DNA of 64,000 bases from Thermodesulfobacteriota bacterium (GCA_963675595.2 CAXXLZ010000002.1:1536001-1600000); one strand, 5' to 3'; counted from the stretch's first letter, positions 48,010-58,767 are shown. The notes: generated by a model not told the origin, from the letters alone. Numbers and translations are program-made.

Positions 48010-49128
48010 TTAAGATCGGACACCTCCCCCCAGTTCCAAAAACCCGGTGGAGGCGATGAAATCATCGGCGACAAAGCATTGGAAGGCGGGGGCCAGCACT
48101 TGCGGATCCGGCGGGGTCACGCCCGCCTTGGGGGGGCCGTGACGAATGTATTCCACGCTGCCATACTCGGACAGCAGTTCACTATGGGATTTCGCAAGCC
48201 ATCGATTGTGAAGATAACCCATGCCTCGGCACACACAATCCCACTCCTCTTCGGAACGCCCATACATGTCGAAGGGGTCCACCCCGTCTCGGTGCTCCCC
48301 CGGGTGGATATGATGAAAAAACCACCCTCCCGGTCCAAGTATACGCGTTTGCTCGCGAATGACCTCCCTTGGATCGGACACGTGCTCGAGCAGGTCGAAA
48401 CTGAACACATAGTCGAAACTGCGGTCGCGCAGCGGCATTTTCTCGGCGTTGAACGTTGCGAACACCACGCGTGAAGGATTGAATCGGACCCGGTCCGACG
48501 CAATGGAAACGACTTCTCTCATGGGTATGGGGAAAGTTCGACCACTGTTGCGGGTGTACTCACCCACGGCCCGATAGATCGTCGCCTTGGGCCGGGCATC
48601 GGGAAAGAAGATGCTTTCGTCGTCCAGGTTGCAGGCCAGGACCCGCGCTCCCATGCAAGCCATAAGGACGTCCACCGCCAGGGTTTGTCCCACGCCGATA
48701 TGAAGGACCCGTTTGTTCATCAGGCTTTCCCCCAACGAAGTCGCGAACCCGACATAAGTCTCGAATATCTTCAGGTAGTGTTTCAGATCGAATGTGAACT
48801 GGACGTCCAGGACGAAGTCCTTGAACGGCTCGAACCCCATTCGAGAGAGTTGCCGCACAATGCTTCGATACCATTGTGAACACACCACGATGAGTTCCGA
48901 TTCCTTTTTGGCTCGCAGCCGCTCAGGGGGAAAGACCTCCTGGTCATGAATGATGCGTCCCCACTTCTCGGCATCGTTGTCCACCACATATTGAACGGAC
49001 GCACGCCCCTCGGTCCGTTGGAGAAACGACCGCAATCCCCCGGAAGCGCCGAAGGCAATGATTGATCGCGACACGTTTCCATCCAAATTTCCGGAAAAGA
49101 ACGGCTCAATCTCCGGTTGAAGGCACAC
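48010..49128 (-). CDS. SAM-dependent methyltransferase with N-terminal Rossmann-like accessory domain
   Basis: IIAFGASG...VDNDAEKWG N-domain; VLHIGVG and MPLRDRSFDYVFSFDLLEHV; GGAG + GTG start. Confidence 0.8.
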   Translation of the reverse strand: MCLQPEIEPFFSGNLDGNVSRSIIAFGASGGLRSFLQRTEGRASVQYVVDNDAEKWGRIIHDQEVFPPERLRAKKESELIVVCSQWYRSIVRQLSRMGFEPFKDFVLDVQFTFDLKHYLKIFETYVGFATSLGESLMNKRVLHIGVGQTLAVDVLMACMGARVLACNLDDESIFFPDARPKATIYRAVGEYTRNSGRTFPIPMREVVSIASDRVRFNPSRVVFATFNAEKMPLRDRSFDYVFSFDLLEHVSDPREVIREQTRILGPGGWFFHHIHPGEHRDGVDPFDMYGRSEEEWDCVCRGMGYLHNRWLAKSHSELLSEYGSVEYIRHGPPKAGVTPPDPQVLAPAFQCFVADDFIASTGFLELGGGVRS

Positions 49129-50797
49129 GGTCTTCTCCCATCTCTCGCTTGATCGGCGGCAACGACTCGAAATCAATGCACGAGTTTTTCAGCCGGTCCA
49201 CGCTCCACCCCTCCAGGGCCGACGTGTCCCGGAACACCTCGGGTCGAATCGCCCGGTAAACCCGATAGCCGTCCACGGGAGCCACATTCTCGAGCAGTTG
49301 AAATCGTTTGGACAGCGCCGGTTCGGCTATGTGATGGTCCGATCCTCCCCGGTCCCGAAAAACGACCCCGTCGGGCGGCAGCACCAGATACACGGCGTGA
49401 TAACGAGGGTCGCACACGTAATAGTCGATGTATCGGCACAACATTTCCAGGGAGGCCTTCTCCAGCTCGATGGGAACCTGCCACGCCCCCGGATTCCAAC
49501 CGAGAGGCATGTAGTCGCGATACTTGAGCAGCAAGAGATCCGTGGGTTCCAACAGGCCTTCGAGCGCATCCGCCACCGGGCGCAGCGACTCGGGTTCCGG
49601 AGGTTCGGGCTCGTAAAGGATCATGGTGTCCGGCCCGTAGAACGCCCGCACCGAATGGACGGCTTCCCACACGAGGATCGCGAGGAACATGCCGATTCCT
49701 AAGGCATCCAGCCGCGCGAGCAGTAACACGGTCCAGGGAATGAAGCACGGCGCCAGGGTGCCGCCGGCCCGACTGGCGAAATGATAGTGTCGGCGCAGCA
49801 CGGCGAACAAAGCGATGAAGAGCGGCAAATAGACCACGCAGAACACCAAGACGGTCCGGTTCATCTCCGCCCCTCCGACAAAGAAGAACACGGCCATACC
49901 GGCAATCCCCAAGGGATGAAACCAGCTCAGGGAACGGAAAAGGCCGAACCGGTGCCGTGGGTTTAGAGCGGTGGCGAAACCTTGCCCAAGCAACTCAACG
50001 ATGGATTTCAATCGTGAGGTAAGTGTCCGCCGTCGGATTTCCTCGGGCGACACGCAAAGGCGTTCGTCTTCCCGGGTGTACCCGAAAGAACGGCATTGCG
50101 CCGTCAGGACCTGCAGAATCGTGTTCTTGCGCCCCGAAACCACATCCCACACGAGCGGCGCAAGGCCTAGCGAGAACACCACGGTTAATTCCCACAGAGA
50201 AAACCCGCCCAACACGGATGAGATGAGAATCGCCGCGCACGGAACGAATCCCGAACTTTTGATGCGAACGGCGAGAGCAGCAAGCAGGCCCAGGCACCCG
50301 GCCTGCACCCAGGAAGGGTCGCTGCCTAACGCGTTCAAGACCGTCAAAGCCGCAGTAACCACGACCATGAGCATCATGTCCGGGCTCACGATGACACTCA
50401 GGTACAGAAGCACCGGCGATACGCAGAAGACCCAGAAGGGAGCCCCGGCCCACGAAGGAGTGATGAGTCGGGAAAGCCCGTACGCGGTGAGTACGGCGAA
50501 CAACAACTGCAACGTCTGAGCCCCGCGGTGGGCAGGCAATCCGGTCCATCGCAGAAACCATCCCAACGCACGGATATACGCTGTATATTCGGTTGCTTCC
50601 AGGGGATGCTTCCGCCAGGAGGGATAGTGATCAAAAGGAACCTGCACGATTCCGCTGTCTCGAAACGTCATGGCCGCGCGCAGCAAGGCGGCCTGTCTGC
50701 AAGGATTGGAGAACCTCTTCCAGAGAACGAGCCGCGCGACGATCATGAAAAACGCGGGGATCAGGATTTCAAGCCGCACGTTGGGCGTGCCCCGCAT
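49106..50797 (-). CDS. polytopic membrane protein, GT-C (ArnT/PMT-like) glycosyltransferase candidate
   Basis: About 10 hydrophobic segments, SPD in a loop, LAALAVRIKSSG pattern and a soluble C-tail. Confidence 0.6.
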   Translation of the reverse strand: MRGTPNVRLEILIPAFFMIVARLVLWKRFSNPCRQAALLRAAMTFRDSGIVQVPFDHYPSWRKHPLEATEYTAYIRALGWFLRWTGLPAHRGAQTLQLLFAVLTAYGLSRLITPSWAGAPFWVFCVSPVLLYLSVIVSPDMMLMVVVTAALTVLNALGSDPSWVQAGCLGLLAALAVRIKSSGFVPCAAILISSVLGGFSLWELTVVFSLGLAPLVWDVVSGRKNTILQVLTAQCRSFGYTREDERLCVSPEEIRRRTLTSRLKSIVELLGQGFATALNPRHRFGLFRSLSWFHPLGIAGMAVFFFVGGAEMNRTVLVFCVVYLPLFIALFAVLRRHYHFASRAGGTLAPCFIPWTVLLLARLDALGIGMFLAILVWEAVHSVRAFYGPDTMILYEPEPPEPESLRPVADALEGLLEPTDLLLLKYRDYMPLGWNPGAWQVPIELEKASLEMLCRYIDYYVCDPRYHAVYLVLPPDGVVFRDRGGSDHHIAEPALSKRFQLLENVAPVDGYRVYRAIRPEVFRDTSALEGWSVDRLKNSCIDFESLPPIKREMGEDRVPSTGD

Positions 50798-52670
50798 TCC
50801 CGTCGTTGGACGATACAAGGTTATCCGCTTCCGACAACTGAAACCAGGTCTCCAATACGACCAAGTTCCAGAAGAAATTCGTCTCTTTCAACGTATTCTT
50901 TTCCCTTTTCAAGAAACGATCGAGTCTTGCGGTAATAGCGCCGTGACGGTAAATCGCACGCTGTTGAAACGCTCGGCGAGACAAAGGATCGGCTTCGGGA
51001 TCTTTCAGCAGTTCTTTGAGCCAACGTTCCAAAGGAACCGTGAAACCGTGTTTGCGTCGCCGGGCAATGGGCCGGGGAATCAGGTCGCCCAAGGATTCTC
51101 TCATGAGGGTCTTGGATCCTTGGAACGGTGCTCTCAAGACCAACGGCAACCGATGCACCAATTCCACCAGGCGGTAATCCAGATAGGGGGATCTGGCTTC
51201 AATGGAGGCGGCCATGGAACCCATGTCCATCTTGGCCAGCAGGTCGTTGGGCAAATACAAACGCGTGTCCACCGAAAGCGACCGTTCGAGAAAGCTTAAG
51301 CCCTCGGAGTCGGCATCGAACAAATCCTGCGGGCGGGTGCACACCTCCTTCAATATCTCCGGCACAAACATGCTCCGCAATTCACCGAACGTGGTACCGG
51401 ATTCCCACTCCACATAGGTCTCGTAAAAAGGAACATCCAGTCCTTTCATGAGCCGGCGGACGTCCCGGTGAAGTCTGCTCAGAGCCCGACTGGTTCGGGG
51501 GAAAGCCGCCGTGGGAGACCGCAGTAGGTCCAGCAATCGGGCCGCTTTGTTCTTTCGATATCCTCCAAACAGCTCGTCCGCCCCATCCCCGGTCAAGACC
51601 ATCTTGACGCTTTCACCGGCCAAAGCGCATACGTCGTAAGTGGGGAAGAAAGATGAATCGCCGAAAGGCTCACCGAATCTGTCCATCATGGCGGACATCT
51701 TGGCCTGGAAAGTATTCCCGACCTGCCGCACGTTGTGTTGCGACCCGAAAGTACGTGCGGCCAAGCCGGCATAGCGGCTCTCGTCCTGATCCGTGTCCGC
51801 GAACGAGGCGGTCAAGCTCCTCAAACCGGGTTGGAAGCGCGCCGCGGCGCCGAGCACGGCCGTGGAGTCCATCCCTCCGCTCAGCAGGACGCCCATGGAA
51901 ACGTCGCAGCGCAACCGAATCGAGACCGCGTCAAAAAACAGGTCTCGGAATTTCTCTTCAAATTTCTCAACATGGGCGTCACCGTCGGGTTTCGGGAAAT
52001 CCCAGAAGCGCCTGGATCGCATGTCGTGGGGACTCACGCTCAACATACGGCCGGGTTCCAGCTTCCAGACGTCTTTGTAGATGGTAAGAGGCGCGGGGAT
52101 GCATAGGAAGGAAAAGAGCGCAGCCAGGGCGTCGGGGTTCACGGCGCACGGCGAACCGGGGTAGTTCATCAAGGAGTTGAGTTCCGAGGCGAAGTAGAAT
52201 ACACCCGGTGCCCGCCGATAGTACAACGGCTTTTTTCCAAGACGGTCCCGCGCCAGCAGCAAGCGTTTGCGATTCCGATCGAACAGGGCCAAGGCGAACA
52301 TGCCGTTGACCGCTCGAATGAATTCTTCACCCCGCTCCTCATACAGGTGAACCAGAGTTTCCGTGTCGCTCAACGTGCGGAATCGGTGCTCTTTTTCAAG
52401 TCGTTCGCGCAGCTGGATATAATTGTAGATTTCTCCGTTCTGCATCACCACCATGGAACCGTCTTCATTCATCATCGGCTGACTGCCGCCCTCCAAATCC
52501 ACAATGGCCAATCGTCGAAACCCGAAAGCCAGCACGCCGCCGTCTTCCCGATGAACGTAGGTGCCTTCTTCATCAGGGCCCCGGAGATACATGGGGGCCA
52601 TCATGCGTCTCAGAACGCCTTCCACGTCATCAGGCGCCGGATCGGCGTAGAATCCACAAATACCGCACAT
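50769..52670 (-). CDS. asnB: asparagine synthase (glutamine-hydrolysing)-like amidotransferase
   Basis: MCGICG, RGPD, NGEIYN, LSGGMDS, TGDGADELFGGY and SIEARSPYLD motifs. Confidence 0.93.
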   Translation of the reverse strand: MCGICGFYADPAPDDVEGVLRRMMAPMYLRGPDEEGTYVHREDGGVLAFGFRRLAIVDLEGGSQPMMNEDGSMVVMQNGEIYNYIQLRERLEKEHRFRTLSDTETLVHLYEERGEEFIRAVNGMFALALFDRNRKRLLLARDRLGKKPLYYRRAPGVFYFASELNSLMNYPGSPCAVNPDALAALFSFLCIPAPLTIYKDVWKLEPGRMLSVSPHDMRSRRFWDFPKPDGDAHVEKFEEKFRDLFFDAVSIRLRCDVSMGVLLSGGMDSTAVLGAAARFQPGLRSLTASFADTDQDESRYAGLAARTFGSQHNVRQVGNTFQAKMSAMMDRFGEPFGDSSFFPTYDVCALAGESVKMVLTGDGADELFGGYRKNKAARLLDLLRSPTAAFPRTSRALSRLHRDVRRLMKGLDVPFYETYVEWESGTTFGELRSMFVPEILKEVCTRPQDLFDADSEGLSFLERSLSVDTRLYLPNDLLAKMDMGSMAASIEARSPYLDYRLVELVHRLPLVLRAPFQGSKTLMRESLGDLIPRPIARRRKHGFTVPLERWLKELLKDPEADPLSRRAFQQRAIYRHGAITARLDRFLKREKNTLKETNFFWNLVVLETWFQLSEADNLVSSNDGNAGHAQRAA

Positions 52671-52758
52671 CTCGTTGCCTTTGTCCGTAATGATTCAGGA
52701 GGTGCCGGTCACTAAGAGCCTCGGTACCGAGCCTCATAGGCTTGGGGGCTTCATCGCG

Positions 52759-54213
52759 TTATATGCAATTGAAAATGTTCTTCAGGTACGCGGACGTTTC
52801 CATCTTATTGAACAGCGCGTTGTATTCGGGCCGGTTCGTCAGCAACCCCGGACCACCCCACCCACTCCGGCGACAAATCAGTTCTCGATTCGGAAACGAG
52901 ATTACTTTCCCGAAATTGATGTGCTGTATCTGATCGTGCAGAGACAAGAACAAGTCTATATAATGATTAGGTGCAGGCCGTGATTTGTTGTCCTCTCCGA
53001 GTACCGACGTGGGGAAATCGTACCCGAACTCCACCATCAAATCCTCGAACCCCAACTCTTTTAGAATTGCAAGATGCTTCCCGTCTAAGTACTTTTCCCA
53101 CTTGCCCGAACCCGGCTTAAAGTAGTGTGCCTTGTTGCTCAGCGGTTTGAATCCCGTCTTCCGCCATATGGACATGATTGTATCTTCGGAGACCTTATCC
53201 AAACCGATAAAACCGGCTATGTGTTTCAGCATATCAAAAGGTTTGGATATCACATCCTCGTATTTCACGAGAAAAGCGTCTTTGACTTGAAAAAGATTAG
53301 AATAGAAACCGTGTATCGATTCGGCAATGTCGTGAAACCATTTGTAGTCATGGATTCGAGCGTGTCCCAGCATCGTTTTGAATTCACTTTGGCTTGAATC
53401 CGGTATGGTATCCGGATCAATGTAGACGGTCGTGTGCTCGTACTTAAAGGCGTTGGAGATAATGGTATCCAACGGATTCCTTATGGGAACGAGAATCTTG
53501 TAGCCCAGCTTTCTGTGTTCGTTCACAGTTTCGGGTTCGAAAAGATCATGTCGGCTACATATCTCTTCACTTAAATGGTGTTTCGTCTTGATATCGAATA
53601 TCCGAACAAATTCATCTTTTCTCGCCCCGGAATAGACAAACTTCCCCGTGTGGGTCAGGGAATCATGCCGGACCATCAAGTCGGAGCCGATAAACAGCGA
53701 GTCCAGCGTATTCAACAGTATTTCATGATGTTCCAGAGACAGCTCATGCATCAGAGACTGTACGGGTGTTGCGGCCGTATGGGTATGGGCGCATGAATTC
53801 AAGAATTCGCCCACGACGGCGCGCAATAGAACGTTTCCGGACCCTGGAAAGCCTGAGATATAGATTCTATCTGGGAATGTTACATTAATGAAGTCGGATA
53901 GTTTCACAGGATGCAGAAATCTGGTCCGATGTAGCCGCAGAAAATTGGTCGCATGCTGCAGGACATGTGCAAACCTGCTCTGGCCCGTCCTGCTGCGAGC
54001 AATAATGACCACCGGAATCGATTCGAAATCTTCAACTTTTCTTTTGTATTCATCAGGGGAGATTACAGTCAGACCCAGATAATGATCCGTATCACTGTAA
54101 CTGTCGATAATGCATTTGCAGTTGATCTTTGCATCATTCAACAGCCCGATATACGAGTCCGTATAGTCACCCAAGCCCCAGAGGATTACCTGTCCGGTCT
54201 TTTCGTTTCGCAC
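52759..54213 (-). CDS. sulfotransferase-domain protein with N-terminal Rossmann-like domain
   Basis: ISGFPGSGN, IRNPLDTIIS, VKYED and GSGKW motifs; visibly AT-richer than its neighbours. Confidence 0.8.
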   Translation of the reverse strand: MRNEKTGQVILWGLGDYTDSYIGLLNDAKINCKCIIDSYSDTDHYLGLTVISPDEYKRKVEDFESIPVVIIARSRTGQSRFAHVLQHATNFLRLHRTRFLHPVKLSDFINVTFPDRIYISGFPGSGNVLLRAVVGEFLNSCAHTHTAATPVQSLMHELSLEHHEILLNTLDSLFIGSDLMVRHDSLTHTGKFVYSGARKDEFVRIFDIKTKHHLSEEICSRHDLFEPETVNEHRKLGYKILVPIRNPLDTIISNAFKYEHTTVYIDPDTIPDSSQSEFKTMLGHARIHDYKWFHDIAESIHGFYSNLFQVKDAFLVKYEDVISKPFDMLKHIAGFIGLDKVSEDTIMSIWRKTGFKPLSNKAHYFKPGSGKWEKYLDGKHLAILKELGFEDLMVEFGYDFPTSVLGEDNKSRPAPNHYIDLFLSLHDQIQHINFGKVISFPNRELICRRSGWGGPGLLTNRPEYNALFNKMETSAYLKNIFNCI

Positions 54214-54396
54214 TCGCCGCCCCCATTTAATTTTTCCTCAAAACACAGGATGTCGAGCCTGTAATAGTTGGAACTTTTGACGAAAGCGTCCCAGTTGGAA
54301 CGCTCGGAATAGGCAAAAAAGCTCCCCGGATAAGAAAGCCCGGGGGAATGTCGTTCCTCCGGCGACCCTGTGAATGTGAATAAGCACAGCGTTTAT

Positions 54397-55653
54397 TCAG
54401 TTTTCAGCGTGTTTCATCATTCGGCCGCGCATTCCGAGACCACTCGATCCTTCGGACATGCCACGATTCGGTTGAAGGAGACTGCGCCCCGGCAGATTCG
54501 CGTCCGGAGAAATCCCCAGACCGTCCAACACGGTGGGAAACATATCCAGAAGCGAAATGGACCGGTCTTCGTTGGGTATTTCCAGGCCCTTCCAGGCCAC
54601 GACTCCTTTGGACGAGCCGTCCAGATAGCCGTGCATGCCCCGCACCGGTTGTCGTTGATAGTCATTGGGCAGGATGAGGGTTCCTTCTTCCACCACGGCG
54701 ATCAAATCTCCAAAACGCGCGTCAAGGCCTCCAAGACCGCCGGCTTCGCGGTCCTCGGGAGTCAGCAGGCGAGCTTCGAACGAGTCTTCCTTGATCAAAT
54801 CGGTAAGCATTCGCCCGACTTCCTCGTTTCGGACCCAAAAACGCGCCATGGTTGAATCGAGGAAAAAATCGAAATCCCTTCCCGGTATCAGGGGCCATTT
54901 CAAGATTCGTGTTTTCAGGTCGATGCATTTTCGGACCCGAGCCATACCGTGATCCGAATGCACGAGAAGACGGAACTTGATCCCCAGGCCCTCGAGGTCA
55001 CGGCAAAGAGCGGCGGTTTCACCGTCGATTTCGCGGACGAGACGCGCGATGACGGTGGAATCCGGTCCATGCTCGTGCCCCGTCGGATCGGGTTCGGGAA
55101 TGTGCACGAACACGTAATCCGGATGGGCCTTCAACAGACGGGTTAGCCTTTGGATGGGCCTTTGCGGGAAACGGGAGAAAGGCGGACCTTCGTAGTGAAA
55201 GCGGATTCCGTTCCATCGAAGATGATCGATAAGTGACGGGACCGGTCCCGGGCCTTTGAACGCGGTGAGTCTCCCGGACGTCACTGGGTGGTCGAATCGC
55301 CACAGCCTCTGAGCCGGGATGTTCTCAGGCATGGGGCAGGGATATCGAGAGAGCAGGCGCACCATCGCTCTGATCCCCGTACGCGCCCATGCGGTGTCCG
55401 GAAGCCGATAAGCCGAGAATCGTCTCAAGAATCGCAGTCTTGAATGGTGCGGGTCGCGCCAAAGGTCCGTGAAGACCTGGTTGGTTCCCGGGTAGGTGCC
55501 CGAGAAGACCATCCCTCTGGCTCCGAACAAGGATGGAATCTCCAAGGGACGTCCCGCGCCTTCTCCGATTCCTTCGGCCAGAAAGGGGGCATGGCGAAGA
55601 TACGACGCATCGAATCCGTCGAGCAGCAGATGGATCAGTGGTCCTCCGGACAT
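54397..55653 (-). CDS. alkaline-phosphatase-superfamily nucleotide pyrophosphatase/phosphodiesterase
   Basis: LLDG, PDPTGHEHGP, SDHGM and RGMHGY metal-ligand motifs. Confidence 0.85.
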   Translation of the reverse strand: MSGGPLIHLLLDGFDASYLRHAPFLAEGIGEGAGRPLEIPSLFGARGMVFSGTYPGTNQVFTDLWRDPHHSRLRFLRRFSAYRLPDTAWARTGIRAMVRLLSRYPCPMPENIPAQRLWRFDHPVTSGRLTAFKGPGPVPSLIDHLRWNGIRFHYEGPPFSRFPQRPIQRLTRLLKAHPDYVFVHIPEPDPTGHEHGPDSTVIARLVREIDGETAALCRDLEGLGIKFRLLVHSDHGMARVRKCIDLKTRILKWPLIPGRDFDFFLDSTMARFWVRNEEVGRMLTDLIKEDSFEARLLTPEDREAGGLGGLDARFGDLIAVVEEGTLILPNDYQRQPVRGMHGYLDGSSKGVVAWKGLEIPNEDRSISLLDMFPTVLDGLGISPDANLPGRSLLQPNRGMSEGSSGLGMRGRMMKHAEN

Positions 55654-55659
55654 GATCGC

Positions 55660-57213
55660 TCAGCCCACCTCCGCGACCAGTGTTTCCAGTCTGTCGAACA
55701 ACGGGTCGTGATGGAACGTCTGGTACCGTCGTCTTCGTCCCAGTACGGCCAGGCTGTAGACGTCGTTGAGAAGCTCCTGCAACTTGAGTTCGGGTACGGG
55801 CCCGAACAGATGATGCTTGAGTCGGTAGCTTCCCCATCGCCCCAACAAGCCGTACACCTTGCCTGCGAGACCGTCTTCCTCATAGACGCCGCCCACCAAA
55901 CCGAGGGCGCGAAGGTGTTGAATTCGGCGATCGTCTTCGGCGGACAGCCAGGGCACGTTCTGAGGAAATCGCTGTTCCACGCGAATCCACTCCACCAGCC
56001 TCCGCGGCGGGCGAAAACCCAGTTCCAGTCCTTCGTCGTAAAGTTCCGTTCCTGGGAAAGGAGCGTAAATGAAAAAACCGTAGGTGAACATCTTTCCGTG
56101 AAGGGCCTTCAGTTTGGACACCAAGTCCACGATATCCATTCGGTTCCGATGTGTTTCGCCCGGAAAACCGAAAATAAATGACCCATGGAACGCAATTCCG
56201 CAGTCCGTCACTTTCCGGGCCATGGCGAACACGTCTTGGATTACGATATCCTTCTTGATATGCCGCAGCATCTCCTCGCTTCCCGCTTCGACGCCGAAAA
56301 GGAGGCGGCGGCATCCCAACCTATACAGTTTCTTCAACGTGGAGGGCTTGATCTGCCGATGATAGTCCACGCGGCAACTCACTCCGTCCCAATTAACGGA
56401 AAGGCCTCGATCCAGAATGCCCTGACAAATGTCGTCCACGCGACGTGCGTCTACGAAGAAATTGGATTCCGTGCCGAAATTGATCACCAAATCCTTTCCG
56501 TAACGGCCGGCGGGGCCGTAGGCTTCCATGTATTGATCGATCAGCTCGAGAACACGACCCGCCGACAAGGCTCTCCAACGACGACCGTAATAAAAGTTGT
56601 TGAAGCAGAATCCGCATCGGTGTGGACATCCTCGACTGGTGATGAGCGTCAGCTTTGGGTGCTTGTCCGCCATGAACAGGGGGTCGAGATGAAAGGGCAG
56701 CAGCCCCAGGCGCTCCAAGTCCGGAGGAGGACCGCAGGGCTCGCCGACCACGGTCCCGTTTTCCCGCCGGTAAACTCCGGGAATCTTGAGTTCCTTCGTG
56801 TCCGAGTTTTCTATGGCACGAATGAGGGCGGGAAACGTCTCTTCCGCCTCACCCTTGACCACATAATCGATCCAGTGATGAGACGCGGCCTCCACGGGCG
56901 TCATGGACGAGTGAACCCCTCCCCAGACCACGGGTACGTCGCTGTTCTCCTTGACGATCTTGGATGCCTGCAGCGCAAAATAGATCTGAAGTCCCGTAAG
57001 GGAGGTGACGCCAACGCAGACCGGGTGATCCTTCAGCTCCTCCTTCAGGGTTCTTCGCCAGTCCGGATCGGCTTGTTGATTGATGATGCGCACCTCATAG
57101 CCCAGTTCCACCAGCGGCGCGCTGATGGACAACAAAGCCATGGGCGTGATGATTTCGTCCGGAGTGTATCGGTGTTCGCAAAACGTCGGTTGGATGAGAA
57201 TGACTTTTCGCAT
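55660..57213 (-). CDS. B12-binding radical SAM protein
   Basis: WGGVHSS, GEAE, TSRGCPHRCGFC, GVEAGS and PGTELY motifs. Confidence 0.92.
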   Translation of the reverse strand: MRKVILIQPTFCEHRYTPDEIITPMALLSISAPLVELGYEVRIINQQADPDWRRTLKEELKDHPVCVGVTSLTGLQIYFALQASKIVKENSDVPVVWGGVHSSMTPVEAASHHWIDYVVKGEAEETFPALIRAIENSDTKELKIPGVYRRENGTVVGEPCGPPPDLERLGLLPFHLDPLFMADKHPKLTLITSRGCPHRCGFCFNNFYYGRRWRALSAGRVLELIDQYMEAYGPAGRYGKDLVINFGTESNFFVDARRVDDICQGILDRGLSVNWDGVSCRVDYHRQIKPSTLKKLYRLGCRRLLFGVEAGSEEMLRHIKKDIVIQDVFAMARKVTDCGIAFHGSFIFGFPGETHRNRMDIVDLVSKLKALHGKMFTYGFFIYAPFPGTELYDEGLELGFRPPRRLVEWIRVEQRFPQNVPWLSAEDDRRIQHLRALGLVGGVYEEDGLAGKVYGLLGRWGSYRLKHHLFGPVPELKLQELLNDVYSLAVLGRRRRYQTFHHDPLFDRLETLVAEVG

Positions 57214-57245
57214 GGCGCCTTCTTTCCCTGCGGGCCGTTTAGTGG

Positions 57246-58676
57246 CTAAAATCGTACGTTGGCGTAGTGTCCAAAGAAACGGTTGACATAGCCGCGGGCG
57301 AAACCTTCGGCATAGGCTCTAAATCTTCCGGGTTGGGTGATTTCTTTGAGCCTTCGCCGAATGAATTCCGTGCGGAAATAGAACCGCCGGTAGGCTTTCT
57401 GAATGAAACGATTCATGTCCGCAGCCGACATGTCCGGAGGAAGCAGGTAACAGTCCGATTCACAGGCACGATCATCCAGGCATGCCTTCCAGAAATCCGG
57501 AGGATGGGTGCCCCGGGCCACTGCTTCGCGGTAGATTTCCGTTCCCGGTTTCATCATCAGAATGTTGAAATTCACCCAGTCGGGGTCGAGTTCCAACGCC
57601 CATCTTACGGATGCTTCCATTTCTTCCACGGTCTCACCGGGCAGACCGAGCATGAAATACGCATAGGTCTCCATGCCCACGGCTTGACAGGTGCGGAACG
57701 CGCGTCGAATTTGTTCAAGGGTCACCCCTTTCTTCAAGTTTCTTAGGTGCCGTTCCACACCGGTTTCCACACCGAAACGCATTTGCCTGCATCCTGCCGC
57801 TTTGAGGCTTCGAATCATTTCCCGGTCGATGGTGTCTACGCGAGCGCTCACCACCCAGCTCAGATCCAATCGTCGTTTCCGGATGAGGTCGCAAATCCGA
57901 AAAACCCGCTCCGGTTTCAGATTGAAGGTTTCATCGTAGATGTAGAATTCACGGGCACCGGCCGCACGGCAACGCTCCATTTCCTCCACCACCCATTCGG
58001 GCGAATGGTAGGTGACCTTTCGCCCCCAGAAGCCGTGGTCGCAGAAGGTGCATGTGAAAGGACATCCCCGCGAACTGATGAGGTAGGTCACCGGGTTCCG
58101 GCCCAACGCTGTGCGATAGGCGCGATTGGGGAACAGGGAACGGTCGGGATGCGGCAGTCGGTCCAGATCGTCCAGCCGCGGTTTCAAGTGCAAATTGCGG
58201 GTGTCGAGGCTCTCTTTGGACAATACTCCGGGGATCGCCTCCATGTTCTTGCCGTCGCGAATCGCTTTCACCAATTCGGGAAACGTCTGTTCTCCTTCCC
58301 CCACGACCCCAAAATCAAATGCGCCGCGTGCCAGCGTTTCCGCGGGATAAGTCGCCATATGTGCGCCTCCCAACACCGAAGTGGCGTTGGGCAGTACTGA
58401 TCGAACGATGTCGGCGGCCTCTAAGGCACCCCGCACGGCGTCCGTCATGGCGGTAACACCCACGACGTCGACGTCCCGGCCTTGCAAGGCGCGTTCGAAC
58501 TCGGCGAGAGTGCGCACTCGCACCAAGCTGTCCAGAACGTCCACCCGGAAGCCCTGCCGTTCCAAGCTCGCCGCGAGGTACGCCAAGCCCAAAGGAATGA
58601 GAGCGGAACCCGGCACGGCGTATCGGCCCGAAGGTCCGGCGGGACGGGGATGATGGCGGATAAGCAGAACGTTCAA
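57246..58676 (-). CDS. B12-binding radical SAM protein
   Basis: PLGLAYLAA, LGGAH, GEGE, SSRGCPFTCTFC and GLPGET motifs; TTG start. Confidence 0.92.
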   Translation of the reverse strand: MNVLLIRHHPRPAGPSGRYAVPGSALIPLGLAYLAASLERQGFRVDVLDSLVRVRTLAEFERALQGRDVDVVGVTAMTDAVRGALEAADIVRSVLPNATSVLGGAHMATYPAETLARGAFDFGVVGEGEQTFPELVKAIRDGKNMEAIPGVLSKESLDTRNLHLKPRLDDLDRLPHPDRSLFPNRAYRTALGRNPVTYLISSRGCPFTCTFCDHGFWGRKVTYHSPEWVVEEMERCRAAGAREFYIYDETFNLKPERVFRICDLIRKRRLDLSWVVSARVDTIDREMIRSLKAAGCRQMRFGVETGVERHLRNLKKGVTLEQIRRAFRTCQAVGMETYAYFMLGLPGETVEEMEASVRWALELDPDWVNFNILMMKPGTEIYREAVARGTHPPDFWKACLDDRACESDCYLLPPDMSAADMNRFIQKAYRRFYFRTEFIRRRLKEITQPGRFRAYAEGFARGYVNRFFGHYANVRF

Positions 58677-58767
58677 AAGATACTCGTCATAATTTCGGAT
58701 GATGGAAAAAGCGCCTGTCGAGAATTTTGGTAGCCCCTTCCTTGCCCGTGGGACGACCGTATCGGGT

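Noticed and set aside
45160-48010. RiPP pathway around the SPASM-domain enzyme
   Set aside because: No precursor peptide, RRE/PqqD domain, peptidase or transporter nearby; the context is glycosyltransferases.
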